A stretch of 60,227 bases of DNA, the filler included, from Hausera hauseri (lineage: Eukaryota): the NCBI GenBank assembly GCA_046269625.1. It is 10 parts of 10 records of this genome, joined end to end, with 100 filler letters (N's around TTAATTAATTAA, not from the genome) between each part and the next. Parts side by side here need not be neighbours in the genome. Positions count along the whole stretch, not along the records: positions 9,354 to 13,868 come from JBJURY010545898.1; positions 13,969 to 21,486 come from JBJURY010009678.1; positions 21,587 to 33,368 come from JBJURY010072216.1; 7 more parts are not named here. One strand, given 5' to 3'. Numbering within the stretch: the stretch's first letter is position 1; every line of letters starts with the position of its first letter. Under the pieces are notes generated by a model. That model had not been told where the DNA came from. It worked only from the letters and a program-made list of their open reading frames with translations, and searched no databases. This document shows, piece after piece, positions 13,261-24,615 of the stretch. The translations under genes and the position numbers were made by a program.

Positions 13261-13968
13261 AGCCTGGATGATCTCTCTCCCACTTTTCTCTGTATTTGCT
13301 CATACCTATTCACTTTGCCTCTTCATATGTTGCACTTGTCAGTGAGTTTGGTTTATACGTGGAAAAGGAGTATTAGCTCCTATTAAAACAATAATACTGC
13401 TGATCATCCTCGAACTCCTTACAGCTAACTTTCTTTCAAAGCATACAGTAGTTATTTCAGAATTAATCTAGCTTGAGGCTGATGTTGATGTTATCGATCT
13501 CCTCATCGATGAGCGTCAGCTCTTGTTGATAGGCCCTGAGCAAGGGCTGTGGCCAAAGCGATCTCACTTCTCACCGTCCCAGCCTTCTCCTAGATGACTT
13601 AAACCAACCAATGGTTAACGAGCCTCATCTACTCAATAACTAAGCTAGATTAGGGTCACGGAGACAGCTGTGACCGCCGCTTCGCGGTCCTCGTCAGGGC
13701 CAGGAACAACAGACTGGCCAAGACCTCCCACCACTTCCTCGCAGTGTGTCCTTGAAACATAAGAAATTCTGGCTGACGGTAGGAGGATCGACCACAGTCC
13801 CCACGTTGAGAAGTGGATCACTCCTAGGAGGCCAAGCATAGCACTCAAGCCTGGAGGACCCCGGTCCANNNNNNNNNNNNNNNNNNNNNNNNNNNNNNNN
13901 NNNNNNNNNNNNTTAATTAATTAANNNNNNNNNNNNNNNNNNNNNNNNNNNNNNNNNNNNNNNNNNNN

Positions 13969-14098
13969 CTCTCACTTGGTGGATTTCTTTAACTTTGACA
14001 AATACTGTACCTTCATTGTGGAAGACTTCTTCCTTAGCCTCTGTCAAATTGACAATTATCCAGCTTGCGATGATTACTATCAGTTGATAGGCGTTCAT
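13969..14098 (-). CDS. N-terminus of env-like ORF (truncated by contig end)
   Basis: Signal peptide MNAYQLIVIIASWIIVNLTEA then EEVFHNEGTVFVKVKEIHQVR, at the canonical env position 3' of pol. Confidence 0.55.
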
Positions 14099-14131
14099 CT
14101 TTATCTGTGGAAGTATATTTTCTCGTTACTA

Positions 14132-14575
14132 CTATGCTAGCTTCAACATCGTTTGCAGTAACAATTTCATGATACTTTCATCCTTCGCTTCCTTTGTGTC
14201 TACTGTTTTATCTACACTTATTACTTCGTTCGACGTGCTTTGACTGTGCGCCTTAGCTTCTGCTATCCCTTTAGGTTTACTTATCTCCCGTTTCTCACAT
14301 GTTATCATTGTAGTTTGTTTTCCTATTTCGTCTGGATTTTCCTTTCCTTTAACTACTTCTGTTAACTGTTTTCTTAACTTTGTGATCGTTTCCGCTTTCT
14401 CGGCATTTTCTTCTTCTAGTCTGGCGGAATGATTTTCCACTTCTCGTATCATTTCTTCTTTTTCTCGTACTTTGCCTTGGAGTTCATTAACTTCCATATC
14501 TACTTTTCGTTTGGCTTCGGTTAATTTTGCTACCATTTCTTTATCTTCTTCAACTACTGTTATTGCGCGTGGCAT
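14132..14575 (-). CDS. Charged coiled-coil ORF between pol and env
   Basis: E/K-rich heptad pattern, same strand and base skew as pol. Confidence 0.55.
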   Translation of the reverse strand: MPRAITVVEEDKEMVAKLTEAKRKVDMEVNELQGKVREKEEMIREVENHSARLEEENAEKAETITKLRKQLTEVVKGKENPDEIGKQTTMITCEKREISKPKGIAEAKAHSQSTSNEVISVDKTVDTKEAKDESIMKLLLQTMLKLA

Positions 14576-14623
14576 ACTTTCGCCACGTGCTCCGGCTTCA
14601 GCGACCTTCTTTTCTTTTAGTTT

Positions 14624-17600
14624 CTATGTTTGATTTGCTCGGTTTTTCTCTTTTAGCTGCTTTCTTAACTCATTTATTATTCCGGTTTGTTTCATATTTT
14701 CTGCTTTCAAATTCCTCGTCTGTATTTCTAATTCTCGTAGCTCTTTTTCCTTTCTTTTCGTTTTTGATTGCATGGCTTCACTTATTGGAATTCTTGACTT
14801 TTTCTCACCAACTTCTGCTATTCTCCAAGTATATTTTCTTCTAAGTGCTGCCTGCCTTGTAACTTTTGCTCTGGGTTCATCCTCTGTGGATGTACCTGAA
14901 TCTCGAAGTCTTTTTAGTCTCTTGACCATTTGGTCTAATTCCGACGTTTCCGTTTCCGTATCCTCCACCAATGTGTCTGAACTACTATCTTCAGTTTCCT
15001 TATCATCCTTTTGTTCCCCTTGCGTTTCTTCATCGTCTCCTTCGGCTTCTTGTGCTTCTCTTTTTTCTCGATCTTCTAGACGTCTTTTCCTTTCTAGTAA
15101 CGGCATGTCACTATCTTCTGACGAACTGCTTCGTATCGTTCTTCTCCTCTTCAACTGTTGGGCTCGTGCTTCTTCAAATCTTCTTCTTGCTGCTGCTCTT
15201 GTATTTTGGTATGGGGCAGTCGTGTCAGTTTCGATTTCCGTTTTTGTTTCAGTCCCCTTCTTCGCCTGAGTGAATGTTTTTGTCGGGTATGGAACTGCTA
15301 TTTCATACCTTGTATCGCTTTCATCTTCTTCTGACGTTTCCTCACTACTTTGGCTCGTTTCCGTTGAGGTTTCTGACTTGCTTTCTCCTTTTGGTGGTAC
15401 TACATATCTCGACTTCCTGATTTTGCTCTTGAGCTCAACCTTTGGCTCTTCCCAAAATTTTCTATCATCTTTTCTCAGTTGACTGGTGGTAGCTGTCACT
15501 TCATGTTTTGTGAGTTGGTTTGTTATAAAATAAGATATCGGTCCTCTTTTCTCTATTATTTTGTATCCTGGAATCCAGTTGTTTTCCATTTTCGAGCTTT
15601 TCTTATGTTTCCTATAATATACCCTGTCTCCTATCTCAAAATCTTGTTGTACTGTCTTGGGATCACTTCTTGTCTTCCTTTTCTGGAATGCATTTTTCAC
15701 ATTTCTACTAACCTTGACCATAATTTCGTGTAGTTTCTGTAATAGGTAGTGATGAAACTCTTCTCCTTGGTATCTAAGTCTCGGCTTTAGTAAGTTGTCT
15801 ATTGGTAGGATCGGTTCCCTGCCGAAGATCATTTCATACGGCGAGTATTTTCTGCTTCCGTTCTCCATGAACCTTACTACCATCGCCGCTTGACTCAAGT
15901 ATAAGTCCCACTCCTTTGGTTGGTCTTGAGTATACTTCGCTATCACATCGTACAAGGTAGAATGCTGTCTTTCATTTATACCATTCGCTCCTGGGTTATA
16001 ACAGGACGTCTTCACATGTTTGATGTTCAGTTCTCTTAGTGTGTCATTCATTGCCTTGTTCACAAATTCACGTCCGTTATCAGTTACTATCACTCTCGGG
16101 CACCCATATCTTGGTATAAATTTTTCCAGTAGTATATCTATTACGTTTTCTGCTGCCTTGTCTGGCACGGCGTATAATTCCGGCCATCCACTATATATAT
16201 CCACGATGTGTAGAATGTGTTTATTTCCCGATATTGTCAGTGGATGTGGTCCCGATAGGTCGAGACTTATCTTTTCAATAGGGAAGCTGGCATACTCAGG
16301 CTCTTGCATGGGGTGTTTCAACATTTCCATGTTTCTGAGCTTGCATACTTCGCAGTCTTTAACGTATTTTCCTATTTCTTGCAGCATATTTTTCCAATAG
16401 TATTTCCTGCTGATGAGTTCAGTCGTACGATCTCTCCCTAGGTGTCCTAAGTTATCGTGATGTTGCTGTATCACCATTCGTTTCATATTCTCTGGTACGC
16501 ATAGCTGAAGATTTCTCTTCTCTCCTCCATCTACTCGGTATAGCTCTTCGTCTTCTAATACGAATTTCTTCCACTTCTTTAACTTCTCTTCTTTGCCTGA
16601 TTTTAGATCTTCTATAATGCAGCGTAGTTCTTTGTCTTTTAGTTGTTCCAGTTTCATTTCGATTTTATTTTCTTCCTTTTCGCTCTCTTCCTCGTTTGTA
16701 TCCACTGTTTCGAAAAGGGTTTTGTCATTCGAATTAATAGCTGAAATTTGTAGTGTATGTTCATCGATTTCCAATGTGTCCTCTTCTGCTTTTTCCTCTA
16801 GCGTTTCTTCTTCGTGATTCTTATCTGGAATTCTCGATAGCAGATCGGCTACGGTGTTCTCCGGACCTGGTATATATTCTATGTCCATATTATATCCTTG
16901 TAGGTTCAAGATCCACGGTTGGATTCTTCTATTCTGGACGTCTGACTTCAACATTGCTTTCAATGGTTTATGGTCCGTTCTTACGACGAATTTGCTATTA
17001 TGCAGATAGAAGTTTAGTTTTTGTAGGGCATAGTGTATGGCATAGGCTTCTTTCTCCGTTACTGACCATTTTCTTTGGGATTTCGTTAGCCTGTGCGACA
17101 AGTAGTATATTGGTTTCTCTTTTGTTACTTCTTTCCCTTTCACTACTTCCTTGCCATCTTCCTGTTGTAGTACTGCTCCAATCGCGTAATCCGAAGCATC
17201 CGTGTATAGCACGTATTTCTTGCTTGGGTCTGGGTATGCGAGTAATGGTATAACAGTCATACTTTCCTTCAATTCATCAAACGCTCTTTGGCATTCTTCC
17301 GTCCATTTGAATCTGGCGAACTTCCGGGTTAGGGCCACTAGCGGTTCGGCTATCACTGAGAATTTTGGTACGAATCTTCGATAGTAGCCGCACGTTCCTA
17401 GAAAGCCTCTCACTTCCTTGGTATTTTTCGGTTCCGCCATCGACCTTATTGCTTTCACTTTTTCATTGTCTGGTTTTATGCCTTCTCTTGTTATTATGAA
17501 TCCCAAATATTTTGTTTCTTGCTTCAGGAATTCACACTTGCTCAGTTTTAATCTGACCTGGTGTTCTCTCATCCTATCAAAGACTTTTTCTACGTGTCGG

Positions 17601-17897
17601 AGATGGTCTTCTATGTCCCCCTTTGTAAATATCAGGACATCGTCGATATAAGCGAGCGCGTAGTCTTGCATTCCCTCTAACACGATGTTCATTAGGGACA
17701 TATAAGTAGCGGGTGAGCCCTTCAACCCGAACGGCATCACGTTCCACGTGTATAGTCCTGTGTGGGTACAGAAAGCGCTCTTCATCTTCGCTTCTGGCGA
17801 CATTGGGCGTTGTGAAGTAAGTCGTGCCGTCTAACATTCCTAGAATATCATCGATTAACGGCATGGGGTAGCTTACGTTAGCCGTAATGGCGTTCAA
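14624..17897 (-). CDS. pol: Gypsy pol: RT - RNase H - integrase plus ~300-aa acidic/charged C-terminal extension (RT disrupted at 5' end)
   Basis: MPFGL, YIDD, YTDAS/EKEA/TDHK/ADLLS, HHCC (HDNLGH..CEVC), SLDL/VTDNG/NERQH DDE triad. Confidence 0.97.
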
Positions 17898-17908
17898 GGC
17901 CCGGTAAT

Positions 17909-19720
17909 CTACACAAAATCTGTGGCTGCCGTCTTTTTTGACACTATAACGACCGGGAACGGTCTGGTCCTCTCGATTATACCGGCTTGTAACATTTCTT
18001 CTACAGCCTTTTCTACTATTTCTCTATTCCCTAATGGTGTTCTATATGGTTTCAGACTTATGGGCGCATGGTCTCCTGTCTCGATTTTCATCATAACCGT
18101 TTGTGTCCGCCCAAGCTCCATGTCTGATAACGCAAACACGTCTGCGTGTTTCCTGACGAACGTTTCTATTCTTTCTTGGTGTACTGGTTCCACTTTTAAT
18201 GTTTCCAGTAGTTTCCTGGTTCTTTCATTATCTTGTGTTATTTCGGCCACTACCTTGCCTCGTTTCTTTCTCCAAAGTCCTTCTCGTATTTCTTTTAGTA
18301 CATTGTCTCGATGTAGTCTTCTCTGCTGTCTTTCTTCTGCTTCTATACTTGATCGTATGTCTGGTTTCCTTTCTCTTTGGTCTTTTCTCTCACCATTGAA
18401 AATTGCTTCACATTTCATTACTTGTGGTTTTTCTACTTTTGCTATGATACAGCCTTTTTGTAATGTAATCGTTTTTCCTGTGTGGTTCATCACCATCACC
18501 GGTATTTCCTTTTTTTCGTTTAACTTTACTAATCCGCATATAGTTTCTAGCCCTGGTTCATCAATTATTTCCTTCTCGTCTAGCGCTGTTATCGTTATGT
18601 TCTCCCCTTCTTGCCAGTATTGGTTCTTCTTCATTGCTGCTATTACTATATTAATCGAATTCGGTTTCATGGTGATCTTCTGTTTCACCCGTATAATCGA
18701 GGCGATGTGGATATCATCTTCTAAGTCCACATATTCATCTTCTACCCTTATTTTCTTTAGGTCGAAGTAGATACGAACCTTATTTTTCCTCAGAAAATCT
18801 CTTCCTATTATGGCACTTCTACACATATTCTTGATCACTAAAAAGTTATGTCTCATCACTTTATTTCCGATCTTGAATTCTAGTTGGGTTTTTCCTAACA
18901 CCTTTAATGCACTCCCCGATACTGATCTTAAGTCGATGTTTTGTCTCACCAATTTGCTTGGTCTTTTCAGCATTTTGTAAACCCTTTCACTGATAATACT
19001 CACTTGGGCTCCTGTGTCAATTAAGCATCTTACTCTGACTTTCCCGAAGTATATTATACATGAACTCGGATCTTCTGTACAGTTTATTTCGTATCTTCTT
19101 TTTAGTTTCTCCCTTCCTTGGTTGTTGCTCCAATCTCTGTTTTTATTCGTTACTTCGGTTTGGTTTTGTAGTTGTTTCCTTGCATTCGTTGTCGTTTCTA
19201 TTCGTTGTTGGGGACAGGGTCGTTGTTCTTTGGGTTTTGGTGTATGGTTGTTAACTTCCTTCTTGTATGTGGGAATGGGTGGGATTTGACTTTGGGTTTT
19301 GTTTTCTACTGTTTCCTCGGTGTATTGCCTGTTCCTAGTTTCATCTATTTCCATTGGTTCCGGTTCTGGTCTTTTGTGTTCGTCGTTGTTTCTGTTTCTG
19401 TGATGTTGTATATCTTCGCTTATTGCTCCTCTTCTGTTTTGATACCATCGTTGTCTCGTTCTCACTGGTGTTTGCTTTCCCTTTCCGTTTTCCCAGTGTC
19501 TTTGTCTCGGTTCTCTAGGTACATGATAACATTTGTTGCTTCTTGGGTTTATGTTTCTTCTCGTAATTTCATATTTTCTATTGTTCGGTTCCTGGTATGC
19601 CCTGTAATTTCTTTTCATAAATTCTCTCTTGTTATCTCTTTTCGGGATTGCTCTTCTACAATTCACTTCTTTTGGTTCTCTTCGTCTCATAATTCTATTT
19701 TCATATTTATCTTCTTTCAT
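17909..19720 (-). CDS. Gypsy gag-pol linker, aspartic protease and RT N-terminus
   Basis: CLIDTGAQVSII, AIIGRDFL, IETGDHAPISLKPYRTP..EMLQAGIIE. Confidence 0.95.
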   Translation of the reverse strand: MKEDKYENRIMRRREPKEVNCRRAIPKRDNKREFMKRNYRAYQEPNNRKYEITRRNINPRSNKCYHVPREPRQRHWENGKGKQTPVRTRQRWYQNRRGAISEDIQHHRNRNNDEHKRPEPEPMEIDETRNRQYTEETVENKTQSQIPPIPTYKKEVNNHTPKPKEQRPCPQQRIETTTNARKQLQNQTEVTNKNRDWSNNQGREKLKRRYEINCTEDPSSCIIYFGKVRVRCLIDTGAQVSIISERVYKMLKRPSKLVRQNIDLRSVSGSALKVLGKTQLEFKIGNKVMRHNFLVIKNMCRSAIIGRDFLRKNKVRIYFDLKKIRVEDEYVDLEDDIHIASIIRVKQKITMKPNSINIVIAAMKKNQYWQEGENITITALDEKEIIDEPGLETICGLVKLNEKKEIPVMVMNHTGKTITLQKGCIIAKVEKPQVMKCEAIFNGERKDQRERKPDIRSSIEAEERQQRRLHRDNVLKEIREGLWRKKRGKVVAEITQDNERTRKLLETLKVEPVHQERIETFVRKHADVFALSDMELGRTQTVMMKIETGDHAPISLKPYRTPLGNREIVEKAVEEMLQAGIIERTRPFPVVIVSKKTAATDFV

Positions 19721-19803
19721 CTGTACTGGTTTAACACTTTCGTTTCTAGTTCTCCTTGTATTGTTCTGGTGGGCCCTTACTGTTCTCCTGCCCTGCGTGA
19801 GCC

Positions 19804-20971
19804 CTAGTGCTGAGCAGGACTTCCGTTTCCCTGCTGTGTCTGACTTCCAGTATCTCTTCGCTCGTTTGTATCACTTGACCTACAGACTCTGGCAAAGTGT
19901 CCTTCTTTGCCGTGCTTGTAGCATAGTCTACTATTCTCTGTCTTCTGTCTAGGATTGTTTGGTTTTGTTGCTTTGTTTCTGCATTCTCTTGTCATGTGTC
20001 GAACCTTTCCGCATCTATAACACTGCATTCTCTTTTCGACTTCGTGAACTGCCTTTCTGTCTTCGAACCATCTTTATCTATGTTGTTCATGTTCATGTGG
20101 CATTCTTTGCCGTCTGGGACTTCCATTTGTTCTTCACTTCTATCATCGTATTTCTCTCTACCCAGTCTCATGTTAAATCTCTTACTGGTTTTCTTCTTCG
20201 AGGGCTGTTTGTATGGCCGCTTGAATTGTCTTAGGCTTATCTTTCATTAACTTGATTTTAATTATCGTGTTTCACAACCCGTCCGTGAAGATTGATATCA
20301 ATATCTGTCCTATTTCTTCTGTCATTATGGTTTGGCCTGCGTATGCTTCCTCGGCCAAGTTCAACATCCTGTCTCCATAAAGTTGAACTGACTCTTCCTT
20401 TTCCTGTTTGATTTTCCATAGTGCAGCAATAGTATATTGCATGTCACATACTTCGGCGCACCTATTTGCTAATGTCTTTTTAAAATCTTCCCATGTCTCA
20501 TCTGGGTGCGAACTGAACCTTCTTCTGATGAAATCGTTTGCTAGCGCATCTGAAGTCATGTAAGCTAGCTCTTTCTTTTCTTCTTCAGTAGCCTTAACAA
20601 ATATGAGTACTTCTCAATCTGTGAGATCCAGGTCTTGAATGCCTTGGTTTCCTTTCCACTAAATGTTTGAACAAATGTTCTTATGTTCTGGTGTCTACTG
20701 TTCATGTCCACTTTAGTCACCATTGTTTCTATTTTATCCAACGCCTTCCTGACCTTTCTTCTTTTCCCAAACCTGACTTTATAGGATGAAGTTTCCCTTT
20801 CTTGACTGGGGTCTGACCTCCAATCTGTAAATGCTCTACCATTTTTCTCATGTCTTCATATGTTCCTTCATGGCACCATATTCTGCCATCATAGTATCTA
20901 GTTGTTGCGGTATGGCAACAATTCTTTCTGCCACGGCAGGAGGTGGAGATTCCATTTTGTCTTCGATACAA
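19804..20971 (-). pseudogene. gag: Gypsy gag (capsid + two CCHC zinc knuckles), fragmented
   Basis: TWEDFKKTL, MHR-like IKQEKEESVQLYGDRM, IFTDGL; CYRCGKVRHMTREC and CYKHGKEGHFARVC. Confidence 0.9.
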
Positions 20972-21586
20972 CCCCTTAAATCTGATATAAACAGGTTGTA
21001 ATCAATGTTGATATGGTTTAATTACCACACAGGCTGTACCTGCTTCTCTTGTCTCAATATTTTCTAAACCACAATTACGTCTAGTTAACTAACAATATTA
21101 TAGCTGTACTGACTTCTCTTGCTAGACGCTTTCTAAGTTACAATTGTTTCTAATTATCTAGCTTCTCTTGATATATACCACTTGTATTTTCTAATTACAA
21201 AATTATATCTCAATCAATATGCTAATTATCAACCTAAGGCTGTACCAATCTCCGACTGTTGCGCTACTCTGTTATATTGTTCTTTCTTACTGTTGATGGT
21301 TGTTCTGTTGTTTCTACCATGTTGTTGTGCTAGCGGTAGTGCTCAGTGGTTCGTGTTTTTGGTGCCTGGGCTATCTTTTCTGTGCTCTCTCGTAACGGCT
21401 ATCTAATTTTCTCTACCAAATCCTGGTCCAGTCGGATCACGAAAACAAAATGGTATATTGTATAATAGATTAACCCTTAAATATATNNNNNNNNNNNNNN
21501 NNNNNNNNNNNNNNNNNNNNNNNNNNNNNNTTAATTAATTAANNNNNNNNNNNNNNNNNNNNNNNNNNNNNNNNNNNNNNNNNNNN

Positions 21587-22512
21587 TAAGGACAAAACCC
21601 GAAGAGACAGTTAAAGTAAAAGTATCGTCGGACAGCATGGACGAGAAAGAACACTAGTTTACTACGCGCTACTCCGTAAGGAACGTGGTACAGTGGCTAA
21701 TGAGTAATGGTTACGCAAACCAACTGAACTATAGACCCTACTTTAGAGGTAGAATATTGGACGAACTGGAGAAATAAATAGACGTCGGAATTATCCCAGG
21801 CGAAACGAATCGAATAATAGTAACGGTCGCCACAGAGGAGACAAAAGAAGAGGCCACAAGGAAAGCTAAAACAGATCAGTGTGTAGGATGAATCATGGGA
21901 GTTCGAGATGCAGCAATGTACTTTGAATATTTGCAAACGGACGAAGAAAAAGAACAATATGATAAGAATTTAGTAGCACCCGACGAGACCGCATCGGTTA
22001 TAGCGAAACAGAAGCGTTCCGTTGGTAGACCGCACAAAACACGAGAAGAAATTGATTATAATGGAGACTTAATTAGAGAATTGAAGCAAATGTCCATATC
22101 AACCTTTAGTGCAGAAAACGAAGAACTGAATGAACTTATGAAAAATTTGATACGCATAGTAAATCATTCCAGTATCTGTGGCGAAATATTAAATGAAAAA
22201 GAGAAATCTATATACAATGCAGCCAAAACAATGAGAGATTTCCTATGTAAATTATCGAGAAGCACCTTAAGTGATGAATCAGTGATCGAAAAGATTATGG
22301 TAGACAACACCATAGAAGAGTTAAGGAAAGTGCTATTGTATTTGGCCATAAAAACAAATCCAACTCGAGAAAATTAATTTAATAAAGCCACTAGTTTAGC
22401 GCGGAAAGCTGGCAGAAAATTACCCCGAGAAGTAAACTGGTATAAGTTATTCGAAAAAGAAGAACATCAGAATAAGGCCCCCTTTAGCAATAGTAATAGT
22501 ATATTCGAAGAC
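21587..22512 (+). pseudogene. C-terminal part of ORF1 (unknown domain preceding the glycoprotein)
   Basis: Homologous to 45239-46050 (GVRDAA.YFEYL, KQKR.VGRP.KT, NTIEELRKVLLY.A.KT); same frame as 22513 ORF; the TAA at 22375 is GAA in copy B. Confidence 0.75.
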
Positions 22513-24609
22513 ATGTTACGAAATTTAACTGGGAATAATTGGGGAAATGAATCAAACTGGCTAATTAATTTCCTAACTGTGATGATGTTAATAAGACACA
22601 TGGGAGCGGTTACAATATGTGACTGTGACAAATTCAGATTTTGCCAAAGATATTCATTGATGGATTTGGAAATGTGCAAGGATGCGAGACCACATAAATT
22701 AGAAACAAAAGAAAAAAGATACTTACTATATAAGCAACGGGCGTTAGTTTCATTGGATGGGATAGAATGCATGTTACGACGATCTCGCAGTATTTTCTAT
22801 TGTGGATTAATACACGGACATTCATCCATAATCAAGCCGACGACCCCACTAATTCCAATGAACTTAGAACGCCAGCATTGTAAGCAGGCTAGAGAGACAG
22901 GCAGGCTGAAGTGGGACGGCATTGAATTAGAAATGCAGCAAGGGAAAATAATCAGAGCATACAAAGTAGCGGCAGGAAGATAAGATATGCATACGGGTCG
23001 CTGTAACGGCGCAGAATACGATACTGGAAAAGGATAAGATTAGACATAGTGGTTGTGGATTTCTACGAAACCGAGATGCGCCCACAAAAAGTTATGTTTT
23101 ATAGCGTTACTAAGCTCTATACGGAAAACCAAAAGTGCCACATCCAAGACTGCACCTGTGTTTTTAGAAGTTCGGTAGTATTTTGGGAATCTCCAGCTAA
23201 GACCGATTGCAATTTTAACAAAATTAATGAACTTAAGTTTAACGAGACGACAGGAAAACGCTACGTAAGTAATACGGATACAAACTCAAAAACACGAGAA
23301 GATGTAGCGGAACAGCCTACACGTACCATATTAAAATCCGATACTCACGGGTTAAATTTTGTGAAGAAAGATGTACACACAAAGTGTGATGTAGTAATGT
23401 ACGCCACCAATTATGAAGCATTCTTTGTAGCTGAAACCGAAATAAATACCAGAACGTTCAAGCTTGAGACTCAAGATATTCGAATTGAAGATTATTTGTA
23501 AAATATAGACGATCATTTCTACTACAAGGGACAGGCCGGAATTGCTGAGTTATACTATAAGATGATAACGAACGACTGCAAACTAGACTTAGAAGTCATG
23601 AGAACCAAACTGGCCTTAATATATGCTAATTCCAAGTTAGCGTCACGAATAATTCCGATGAAAGAAGGCGTTTTTGGACAAGTGACCGGAGAAGTTCTGC
23701 TGACTTCCGAATGCGAGAAGGATGTACCTATTAATGTAGAAGAGAAAAGGTGCATTTAAGAACTTCCAGTGATATATAAGGACATACGGAGATTAGTGAT
23801 GTCGATTACGAGAGTATTACTGGCAAACTCTACCTAACCGACGATTCTGAAAGATTGTAAGACCAGTCTGGGAGAACCAATGTTTAGACGTAGCGAAACC
23901 GATTGGGTAAGCTTACCAAACGGTGGTATAATTACGCCGCCCACCAAGTTAACTGGAACGAACTTAATAAAAGGAATAACCGATAATAAGTTTCAAGATA
24001 CAGCAGCAAAAGGCATTTACCGACCGAAAGAAGTGGAGGCATTTAGACAATTTCTCGCTTTCCCACTCCAGCGCACACATGAACTAAACAGAGCTATGCA
24101 TACAATATTGGAGGATTCACGCTATCAAGCGAAATAGGAATCGTTACTTGGCGTTAACTAATATCAAAAAGTCACTACTGGAATACTGTATAAAATTTGC
24201 GGAAGATTTCTGATATTCGGACAAGCCGCATCAGGATTCCTAGCAATTTACTTCTTAATTCAACTGGTTAAAGCGATAATTCAAGCGGTCATAAATGGAT
24301 ACGAGATCTACACTCTAACAGGATTCTCATGTAAAATTTTAACAGCTGTTATCACACCTTTCGGTAAATTCTTAAAAGCGGATGTGGAACGACATGTTGG
24401 CTATCATAATCGAAAACGTAAAAAGAAACATGTTGTTACAAAAGTAAATTCATATATATATCAAGGCACGAAGAGATAACTCGGATGATGACGAACCTAA
24501 GGGAGGAGAAGCCGTCTTAAAGACAAATAGACACAAAAACTATTCCGTTATAAAACCACCAGTACCAATATTATCGCCAAGTGCACCTACATATGAAGAC
24601 TGTGAGTAA
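22513..24609 (+). pseudogene. env: Chuvirus/jingchuvirus-like glycoprotein (env), copy A, several stops
   Basis: Signal WLINFLTVMMLIRHMGA; CDC..YSLMDLEMC; IEC..FYCG..HSS; AAG..GRCNG; GQVTGEV..C..RCI.ELPV; TRVL; KGIY..FLAFP; TM region FLIFGQAASGFLAIYFLIQLVK..INGYEIYTLTGFS. Pattern recalled from chuviral glycoproteins. Confidence 0.85.
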
Positions 24610-24615
24610 CAATCT

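Larger units (their letters stand above)
9354..13868. repeat. Contig with exact 77-bp terminal direct repeat (9354-9430 = 13792-13868): collapsed tandem repeat or circular unit of 4438 bp
   Basis: First and last 77 nt are identical (ccacagtccccacgttgag...ccccggtcca). Confidence 0.9.
13969..21486 (-). mobile_element. Ty3/Gypsy LTR retroelement (internal region) with probable env
   Basis: gag, 2xCCHC, PR, RT, RH, IN in Gypsy order, then a coiled-coil ORF and a signal-peptide ORF. Confidence 0.95.

Noticed and set aside
14772-19952. Long plus-strand ORFs (e.g. 17922-18770, 19172-19807, 14772-15269; likewise 48121-48738)
   Set aside because: F/S/L-rich antisense shadows of A-rich retroelement coding strands.
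21410-21450. Possible PBS/LTR for the contig-4 Gypsy element
   Set aside because: No convincing TGG-starting tRNA complement or LTR terminus; only degenerate ~70-bp UTR subrepeats at 21030-21250.
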